A stretch of DNA of 64,000 bases from Eledone cirrhosa (lineage: Eukaryota), in assembly GCA_964016885.1 (NCBI GenBank), contig OZ024740.1:396614001-396678000 (forward strand), given 5' to 3'. Shown here piece after piece: positions 53,571-64,000 of this stretch. The position numbers and the translations under genes are program-made. The notes below the pieces were generated by a model that saw only the letters and a program-made list of their open reading frames with translations, was not told the DNA's origin and did not search any database. Numbering within the stretch: position 1 is the stretch's first letter; every line of letters starts with the position of its first letter.

Positions 53571-54088
53571 ACACACACACAAACATATACACACACACTT
53601 ATATACACACACACACATATATATATATACACACACATATATACATACATTCTCACATACACACATTTATATATAAATATCGACTATAGTGATTAGGCGA
53701 GGAGTTTACAGGGAAAGTCTGCGAAATTGGTTAAATAAATATCCAGAACAACAGTGTACTAGTTTAATCAATATGTTGTATTCAGTGTTAATTAAATGAG
53801 TTTATACTTATCATATACTTTGATATTGGTAATTTTCTGATTAAATTAATATTGGTAATGATTATTTTGATTGAAAGTGTTTTATAATAGAATAGGAAAC
53901 AACTAATTTGGGTGATGTGGTGTTGCTATGTTGAAATTATCTGCTGTTAGTGCTACTTACAATCTCAATCTCTTATATTTGGATTCCTTACCATTTATAT
54001 TTCATCAATAATATCTGAAGCCCTCTTTTTTGATTACGACATTACAATATGTCCTTTCTATTGCTGCTCATTAGCAAGGTGTTTCAAC

Positions 54089-54122
<34 letters not shown>

Positions 54123-57100
54123 TGTGTGTTTGTGTGTGTAAGCATAAGTATCAGCAACCTATACTATTGCTACCTCAATGATATATGTCTAAACAATGTG
54201 AGAGAACACTCCCTGAAGCCTGAGATATTTATATGTGTACACGTGTGTACACATATAAATATGAGAATGTTAACCTGGTGAAATCTTAACTTAGAACAGC
54301 AAAGTTCTAATTTAGTTAAAATTTTGCTTGTAAACATTTATGAAAGTAAGAATACCCAAGTTTTTATGCTTGCTTCAAACATGATCTGTTATTAAACTTA
54401 CTAACTTCAAGACAAACTCTCAAAAAATGAGGGCATATGAAGAAATCAACGAATGACATGTTTTTGGTGTGATTTTAGAGCATAGATTAAAAAGTTATAA
54501 ATTGTAATGTTTTACAGCATAGATTGCATCACCTTTGTCATATTTACTGTTCTGTTTAAATTAACTGACAATATGCCATACTACAGAAGATTTGTCTTTC
54601 CATGTGAACGAGATGAAATGCAAGCAGAGAGGTGTATTGACATTTTTAGGTCACCCTACCAATATGCTCTCTCCTTATCTACTCCCACCATTCTCATTCC
54701 TGATTCCTCCTTCTCCACCCATTCCATGCCCATATGGAAAGACGCATACACCTCCATAGTGCACTACTAGATGTTGTTTGCTCACTCCTTCTCTTCATGA
54801 CCACGCTTGTGACCCAATACTTACTCCCCTTCCCAATCATATCCCTGATTCCTCCTTCTTCAGTCAGCCATGCCAGCATGGAAAGATGTATGCACCCCTC
54901 AATGAATTGCTAGACATCACTCACTCTTCGCTCTTTTTAAGGCCACCTCTCTCTCTCTCTCATCTCTTTCCTTGGTAAGCTACATCTTGCTTTTCCCCTT
55001 TCTTCCCCCACACTCCTCACTTTCTTCCCAAATTGGCTGGGGATGACACAGTGAGCACCTTAGTATTGAAAAGTGGTAGTGCTGGGGCAACAATAAAATT
55101 CTTTTGGTTTGCACTATAAAGAGATAGTACCAGGATAAACTACACCTAGTATACTCTGTCATGTGGTAATGGCAGTGCCATGATGAAAAGCACCAGTCAC
55201 ATGCTATGAAGTGGTTGGTGTTAGAAAGGATAGTTAACAGTAGAAATCATGCCAGAATGGGACATGAGTGAAGTGTAGTCATCTGACTTATCTGAGAATG
55301 TAACAACTTGTCTAACCCATGCAAGCATAGAAAATAGATGTAAAACACTGATAATGATAAAGAAGATGATTATATAAAGTAAAATAGCTTTTACAAGCAA
55401 CCAAAATTATGTTATTAACTCAGCTTTCTGGGCACATATTGTGTTAAGGCACTTACTGTTAAGAGAGGGCTTTTACTAAAATACGTAACTGTATATTACA
55501 AGAGTTGAACAAATCAACTTTAAGCCTCCTCTTAAAAATGTCTCAAGTCAAAATCTAAGACAATAACGATACATTTTCAATGTTTATTCCACGTGCTCAA
55601 ATATAGAGGTTTATGTTTGCTGTAGGGATGGAATTAATTTCCCCTAACATATTTGGTCTTTGTGGCAAATAAAAATAGAGTTATGGCCCTTGACGTTCTG
55701 TGTTCAAATCCCGCCGAGGTTAACTGCCCCTCATCACCTTTCAGTTCTTTCTCCTCTTAAATCTTAGGTTTCATGCCTACTTGGAGAAGATAACAAGAAA
55801 TAAACCCTAAAAATGTTATCTTTGAGTTATACAGTACAATTACAAGCTACTCAAGGAAACTAAAATAGTTAAAAAAAAGATAAACACAAAAACGTTTAAT
55901 TAGAAGTAGTAGTTGTAATTATATTGACTTTTAACAAATCTTTTTCTTGCACGAAATTAGCATCACATCCACACAAACAATTTCTTTTTTCAACACAAAC
56001 TTCCTTTAATACATCTCTTTCTATATATATGATATCCACTTCCTAAACCTTTGCATTTAACCCTTTTCATATGTATAACTGAGTCACCATGACAAAGATT
56101 CCAGTGCATTATCATTGCCAAACCTTAATTACATGTCTGTTTTATGAGCATACACCATTATCATTTCTATCCATTCCATTTTCTGTCTCACTTTCCGACT
56201 CAAAATCACCAATATTTTGATAACCAAAACCAAATATATCTTCCTTGAGTAATCCATTACACACAGCTGACACATCTTCCATTTACAACTTACATGATTT
56301 TCAGTGATAATAACAACAAGAAAAGATTTGTTTCAAAACTTAAAAAAGTTTAGAGAAACAACTACTACCCATTGGAGCCAAGAAGGGAACTTCTACAAGA
56401 AATAAGTTTTGCTAGAAATAGCAATGAAATCTCTATTAAATAATATTCTGCCATCTTTAAAAAAATAGGAAGGATATATCATATAATGAAGTCCTAGCTA
56501 TATTACATTTGATTAAAGGCTGGAATATCTTTGATCATAGTTTTGTTGTAACAGAGCTGAACTGGAGCTACATCAACTACTTTTAGTTTTTTTGTTGTTG
56601 ATGGTGGATGGCTGGTGACAGCCTGTCATCAGACACATAGCATCCATGATGGTGTTTGTTAGTGTTAACATTGTTACTTCTTTGGTTGTAATCTGATTAT
56701 CACCTATCTAAAAATGTTCAGATTTTGTTTTTATAAAAATATGAGACGTTATTTTGTCTCAGAAAAAAAAAAGAAGCTATCAAGTACTTATAATATAAGT
56801 GTTATGGCTGGAGAAGTTTTATGAATAAAACATATATAATGTTAGAAAGATGTGTAGCAGCCACTAGTGTACATATATTTTCAAATTTTTGTTGGTAAAT
56901 AAGCCACCTTAGTTTAAAGAGTTCATTTCACATACACAGTATTGAATTTAAAGCTTAAAAGAATGCTTAATCTTTTATTTAACAAGTAAAATAAAATAAC
57001 TGTAGAAGGATCTGAAAAACAACACAGATGCTGGAATGTTATTTTCTAAAGTGGAAAACAACTAAACATCCAGATGTACCACACTTGTTATGTGCAAGGC

Positions 57101-57541
57101 ATGCAAGTGAAAATATATCTTCAATTATTAGAACCCACATCAAATATAAAACATTAAAAAATGATGGTGCAGTTTCATATTCTACATGAAAATTCTTAAT
57201 CCAATTCTTTATCTTTAATCTACTCAATCCTGAGATGCTTTCAATTGAATCTTAAAATACTTCTAAGGTAAGAAATGGTATTGATAAATGTTAGTTCAAC
57301 AATAAATTTGGAACACTATTCTGATGTGTTGATAAATAATAAATATTAACAAACAAAAAAGAAAGAATAGAGAAAAACTTATCAAATTATTATTTCATAG
57401 CTTTTGTGCAATGACACCTAATACATCTCAAGTGGTTGTTTCTTTATGATATCATATCAATTTTATTAATAAAACATTTTTTTATAGTTATTCTCCCACC
57501 TTGTTCATGTAATACGGAAAATTAACAAGTCATTATCTCAC

Positions 57542-57750
57542 CTCTAATAATCCTTCATTTACAAATTGCACTCTTGACTTGAAAATAATGATGTCAATTA
57601 AATAAACAAAGTCACACAGATAATCCATTGCCATCCAATAGTAGAAGTTCTCCTCTGTTTGGTAAGGGAACACACCACGCAGAGGTATCACGGTGCAGTT
57701 GTATAAAAAAGCCAGAGTAACTAACGCAAGCCAGGACATGTATAGTTTAC
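57542..57750 (-). CDS. CNGB: CNG channel beta subunit, internal exon (S1-S2), 209 nt
   Basis: Encodes (x)KLYMSWLALVTLAFLYNCTVIPLRGVFPYQTEENFYYWMAMDYLCDFVYLIDIIIFKSRVQFVNEGLLE, a CNGB-type S1-S2 segment. Acceptor ttttcttcctctag, donor GAG|gtgaga. Confidence 0.93.
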
Positions 57751-58104
57751 CTAGAGGAAGAAAAAAAGGAATATCATCATCATCATCATTATCATTTTCA
57801 ATCATCATCACCATCATTATTGATCATCATCATTATCAATCATCATCCTCATCATTAACCCCTCTCCCATCATCATTTAAAACCCCTCTTCCTCATTGTC
57901 ATCATTATAAGTAGCAACATCAACTGAAAGACCATACAAACATATGAAGGATGCTGTCTCTACTGTTTCTAATTAATTACAACCCATGCAACCCCTACAT
58001 CTTCATGTCCAACCACATATAAATGCATTAACAATACACATGAGCATTACAACAACATTATATTGAATTAGCTTCACCAGCTAAATCATCTAATGCAAAC
58101 ATTA

Positions 58105-59220
58105 TCATCATCCTCATCATCATTTTTATGTTCATTTTTCCATGCTTGCATGGGTTGGATGGGTCCATCTCCGCATATCATCTCTCCACTCGCTGTGTTT
58201 CTTTATCATCGCCTCTGTGAGTCTCAGCGATTTGAGGTCAGCTCTCACCACCTCTGTCCAGGTCTTTCTTGGTCTACCTTGACTGCAGCTTCCTTCCACT
58301 GGGATTTCATGGCACTTCTCCACCAATCGATCATCATCCATGCGCATCACATGTCCATACCAATGCAGTCTTCTCTTCTGCACACCACCTCAGATTCCTC
58401 TTAAACTCAACTTCTCTCTCAACTCGTCCAAGCTCTGCCTTTCTCTCACATTTACATTGCACATCCAACAAAGCATGGCTGCTTCATTTCTCCGCAGTCT
58501 AGGCATGTCTTCTGCAGTCACAGCTTATGTTTCACTACTATGTAGCATCACACTTTGCACACAGGCATCATACAGTCATCCTTTTTTATGTAGGGAGAAA
58601 CCTTTTGTTGTCAATAGTGGGAGTAGCTCTCTAAACTTCTTCCACCCTATATTTGTTCTAGCTATTATGCTCTCAGAGCACCCCCCCCTCTGCTGCTAAT
58701 TAAGTCACACAGCCTTGCAATGTGGAACACTTCATCTCTCTGGTCCGTACATCTCAAGACATTGGCAAACTTTCTTTTTTCAGCTTCTCTCCCAGCTGTG
58801 TATACCTGTCACCTAGCTTCTCTCTTATCTACCTGCTACTGGTCTCTGCTACCCCCATTTTCCCAGTCTTTTCATAACTGTCTCTTGGCTTTAATGACTC
58901 TACCCACTGTGCTGTTCCACTACCAGGTCACCCTCTGTCTGGCTGGTGTTCATCAGTAGTTTGCAAAAAATTGTCATGTAGGAATTTTCAGTTGCACCTA
59001 CCTTGTTACCCCTCTCATGTACTACATCTTACAGGGTCTTTATAAACCTATATTTAACTGAAAAGTCCCTTAGCTTCCAAATCCCCCGTCTCCATATTTT
59101 CCTGTATATCTTGTTCTGTATTTTGTTTATTTTGATGTTGCTAGTAACTAACTTGTGTTGGGTAGTGCATTCTTCCCCAGGGAAGGCCTTAGTGTTTATT
59201 ACAGTCTGTTTATCTTGTCT
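58105..59220 (-). mobile_element. RTE LINE remnant with a large internal deletion
   Basis: KAFPGEECTTQHKLV...IWKLRD (endonuclease end) joined almost directly to the C-terminal RRLHWYGHVMR...GRPRKTW; RT is missing. Confidence 0.8.
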
Positions 59221-60005
59221 TACAAGTAATAAGTACAAATACTTGGAATGATAATAATTTCATAGACAATATCTATTTCATTGGCTGTAATCAAATTTGG
59301 AGATAGATTGCCAGCTTGTCATAATAAAGTTTTGGTAATAGAGGATTCTAGAGACCAAATAAGCCATGCTGGATGTCTCTGCTGTAATCTAAATCTTTAA
59401 ATTAATCCACACTGGCAGAATATCAAATTGCATGTAACATGCATATATTTGCAAGCTATACATTGTACTACCAAATGCTGAATGATGCCTACTTATACAA
59501 CATGGTTCTTGAGGCTAAACCAGAATATATATGGTGTACTAAACCTATAGGTTGCTAACCAAGGGGCATGATAGGCTTAACTTAACTCTTAATATCCTGT
59601 ACCACATAAAACCACATAAGCATAACATTTTTGAATAGTATAAAACAGTACTATAAATGCATCACATGAAGAATTGAAATCTTCACTTAAATACTAGAGT
59701 ATTTCACAATGATATGTACACAAGTAAAGACAAATACTATAAGCATTTGAATTAACAAGTCTGTTTTGAAATATATTCTATTAATTCATTAAGAGTTAAT
59801 GCTACAATTCTGATTGAATAGTTACTTAGTATAAACAAGAAAACATTTTCACTAACAACCTCTGACTACTAACAGAAGAACCAATGAAAGAGCTTCAGTA
59901 TGGTGACATGACTTGCTAAACACAGCAGCCAATCTCCCTCAAATCACTCTGTCCTATGAAAAAAGGACATATTTAGCTAATGTAGTTGTTTAAATACAAA
60001 AAGAG

Positions 60006-60290
60006 TGGGGGCACGTGGCTTAGTGGTAAGAGTGTTGGACTTACAATCACAATGTCGTAGGTTCGATTCCTGGGCTGCGTGTTGTGTTCTTGAGCAAAAC
60101 ACTTCATTTCACGTTGCTCCAGTATACTCAGCTGAAAATGAGTACCAGCAATAGCTGGAGGTTTAACCCTGCGATGGACTGGCGTCCTGTCCAGGGGGGA
60201 GTCTTCTACTCTCAGTCGCTTCACGCCATGAAACCGGGATAAGCACCGGCCAAATGAGCCTTCTGGCTTAAGACAGACTTTAGACTTTAG
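60006..60290 (+). mobile_element. tRNA/CORE-like SINE with a different, non-RTE 3' module, inserted into an older repeat
   Basis: A box TGGCTTAGTGG, B box GGTTCGATTCC, core TTCTTGAGCAAAACACTT, then CCCTGCGATGGACTGGCGTCCTGTCCAGGGG and an (AGACTTT)n end. Confidence 0.8.
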
Positions 60291-61231
60291 AAATACAAAA
60301 AGGCAATATGGTTACAGCTGGAACACTTTTGATTACAGATCTACTTGATCAGGATTGACCTCTCTAAATAGCAATCAAATTTCCCTCAAACCACACTCTA
60401 CCATATGAAAAGAAGGAAGAACATATTTGGACCAAATAGTCATGGATATACAAAAAGACAGGATGGTTACAGTTGGAGTGCTGTTCATAAGATTGCTCAA
60501 CCTGGTTTGACATAGGCCTAAACAATACAACATCATATCGAATCTCTAGGACATGCTTTCCAGCATATTTAGGTCCCTTTACGATCTGAGTTTCCATCCT
60601 GCCGGGGTTAACTTTGCCTTTCATTCTTACGAGGTCGATAAAATAAAGTACCAGTAATGTACTGGGTAATTACTGGCCTTGTGTCAAAAGTAGAAACAAT
60701 TATTATTGACTACATGACTATTATCTCTCAACAAATATACCAAAATTACTATTCTAACCACAAAATAGTTTTGAAAGTGTTGGACTACCAATTACTTGGT
60801 CATAAGTTCCAATCCTATTACTATCATCATTAAAGTGGGTACTAAGATAATTCAATTAATTAAAATGATGCTCATAGCATGTAGAAAGAACTACTGTGTT
60901 AATAAGGAATTCTGGTTAAGAAGTGCAGAGGGACAATTCAAGAATTTAAATGAATTAAAAAATATGCAAGGGACCATGTAAATCTGATCTTTAGGATTAT
61001 GGGGAGAAATTTAAACATATTTCAGTATTATTAGACATGATTAGTGAAGCATAGTCTAACTGTTACTAACAGATCTTAGATGACTAAAGATGTATAGAGG
61101 ATATAATTGAATGATTGATGGTAGGAAGGGGATCAAGCCACAAAAACAATAACTATAACACAAAATTATTCCACCCATATAAACATGATAAAATAGATGT
61201 ATAAATAGCATGCACCTGCCAACAAAACAAA

Positions 61232-64000
61232 AACATTGGTAGCACATCATCATACAAAATACATTGGTAGCACATCATCATACAAAATACATTGGTAGCA
61301 CATCATCATACAAAATACATTGGTAGCACATCATCATACAAAATACATTGGTAGCACATTATCATACAAAATATACATTGGTAGTACATCATACAAAATA
61401 CATTGGTAGCACATTATCATACAAAATATACATTGGTAGTACATCATACAAAAAACATTGGTAGCACATCATCATACAAAATTTATATTGGTAGCACATC
61501 ATACAAAAAACATTGGTAGTACATCATACAAAAAAACCTTGGTAGTACATCATACAAAAAAACCTTGGTAGTACATCATACAAAAAAACCTTGGTAGTAC
61601 ATCATACAAAAAAACCTTGGTAGCACATCATACAAAAAACATTGGTAGTACATCATACAAAAAAACCTTGGTAGTACATCATACAAAGAAACCTTGGTAG
61701 CACATCATACAAAAATACATTGGTAGCACATCATCATACAAAATATACATTGGTAGTACATCATACAAAATACATTGGTAGCACATCATACAAAAATACA
61801 TTGGTAGCACATCATCATACAAAATACATTGGTAGCACATCATACAAAATACATTGGTAGCACATCATAATACAATATACATTGGTAGCACATCATCATA
61901 CAAAATACATTGGTAGCACATCATACAAAATACATTGGTAGTACATCATCATACAAAATACATTGGTAGCACATCATACAAAAATACATTGGTAGCACAT
62001 CATCATACAAAATACATTGGTAGCACATCATACAAAATACATTGGTAGCACATCATAATACAATATACATTGGTAGCACATCATCATACAAAATACATTG
62101 GTAGCACATCATACAAAATACATTGGTAGTACATCATCATACAAAATATAAATTGGTAGCACATCATCATACAAAATATAAATTGGTAGCACATCATCAT
62201 ACAAAATATAAATTGGTAGCACATCATCATACAAAATATAAATTGGTAGCACATCATCATACAAAATATAAATTGGTAGCACATCATCATACAAAATATA
62301 CATTGGTAGCACATCATATAAAAAACATTGGTAGCACATCATCATGCAAAATATACATTGGTAGCACATCATGCAAAATATACATTGGTAGCACATCATC
62401 TTACAAAATATACATTGGTAGCACATCATACAAAATACATTGGTAGCACATCATCATACAAAATACATTGGTAGCACATCATCATACAAAATACATTGGT
62501 AGCACATCATCATACAAAATACATTGGTAGCACATCATCATACAAAATACATTGGTAGCACATCATCATACAAAATACATTGGTAGCACATCATCATACA
62601 AAATACATTGGTAGCACATCATCATACAAAATATACATTGGCACATCATATAAAAAACATTGGTAGCACATTATCATACAAAATATACATTGGTAGTACA
62701 TCATACAAAATACATTGGTAGTACATCATCATACAAAATACATTGGTAGCACATCATCATACAAAATATACATTGGTAGTACATCATACAAAATACATTG
62801 GTAGTACATCATCATACAAAATACATTGGTAGCACATCATCATACAAAATATACATTGGCACATCATATAAAAAACATTGGTAGCACATTATCATACAAA
62901 ATATACATTGGTAGCACATCATCATACAAAATACATTGGTAGCACATCATCATACAAAATACATTGGTAGCACATCATCATACAAAATACATTGGTAGCA
63001 CATCATCATACAAAATATACATTGGCACATCATATAAAAAACATTGGTAGTACATCATCATACAAAATATACATTGGTAGTACATCATACAAAATACATT
63101 GGTAGTACATCATCATACAAAATACATTGGTAGCACATCATCATACAAAATATACATTGGCACATCATATAAAAAACATTGGTAGTACATCATCATACAA
63201 AATATACATTGGTAGTACATCATACAAAATACATTGGTAGTACATCATCATACAAAATACATTGGTAGCACATCATACAAAATACATTGGTAGCACATCA
63301 TCATACAAAATACATTGGTAGCACATCATACAATATACATTGGTAGCACATCATCATACAAAATACATTGGTAGTACATCATCATACAATATACATTGGT
63401 AGCACATCATACAAAATACATTGGTAGTACATCATCATACAAAATATACATTGGTAGCACATCATCATACAAAATACATTGGTAGCACATCATACAATAT
63501 ACATTGGTAGCACATCATCATACAAAATACATTGGTAGTACATCATCATACAATATACATTGGTAGCACATCATACAAACTACATTGGTAGTACATCATC
63601 ATACAAAATATACATTGGTAGCACATAATCATACAATATACATTGGTAGCACATCATACAAACTACATTGGTAGTACATCATACAAAATACATTGGTAGT
63701 ACATCATCATACAAAATACATTGGTAGCACATCATACAAAATACATTGGTAGCACATCATAATACAATATACATTGGTAGCACATCATCATACAAAATAT
63801 ACATTGGTAGCACATCATCATACAAAATATACATTGGTAGCACATCATACAAAATACATTGGTAGTACATCATCATACAAAATACATTGGTAGCACATCA
63901 TACAAAATACATTGGTAGCACATCATCATACAAAATACATTGGTAGCACATCATCATACAAAATACATTGGTAGCACATCATACAAAATACATTGGTAGC
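61232..64000. repeat. Tandem array of 25-30-bp units (ACAAAATACATTGGTAGCACATCATCAT), running off the window
   Basis: Seen directly; length variants arise from CAT and TA indels. Confidence 0.97.

Noticed and set aside
53700-53740. CAG...CTGCGAAATTGGT resembling a decayed hammerhead
   Set aside because: The core and stem I are missing and stem III is not palindromic.
57751-57817. N-terminal extension MMVMMIENDNDDDDD of the ORF-track CNG ORF
   Set aside because: It lies upstream of a clear splice acceptor in (GAT)n-like intronic sequence.
57900-64000. Next upstream CNGB exon
   Set aside because: No convincing candidate was seen; it probably lies beyond the window.

Overview
AT-rich, microsatellite-rich animal DNA, probably an octopus or other coleoid cephalopod (inferred from repeat content, not proven). 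The window is almost entirely intronic. Five minus-strand exons of a cyclic-nucleotide-gated channel beta subunit gene (57542-57750, 31535-31585, 21773-21865, 7118-7182, 865-987) have clean GT-AG sites and join in frame; the ORF track captures only two of them. The introns hold RTE and CR1 LINE remnants, a decayed Gypsy, a rearranged mariner, TTAA-flanked piggyBac-like MITEs, tRNA-derived SINEs, a 45-bp satellite and a ~28-bp tandem array. The most notable system is two Neptune-type Penelope-like elements sitting in (TA)n tracts as large inverted-repeat structures. Each arm carries a minimal type I hammerhead ribozyme fold with the non-canonical core UUGAAAA (U3-A8 instead of C3-G8). A third, solo TA-flanked module has a canonical CUGAUGA core. 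All calls were made by eye; repeat boundaries are approximate and no searches or folding programs were run.
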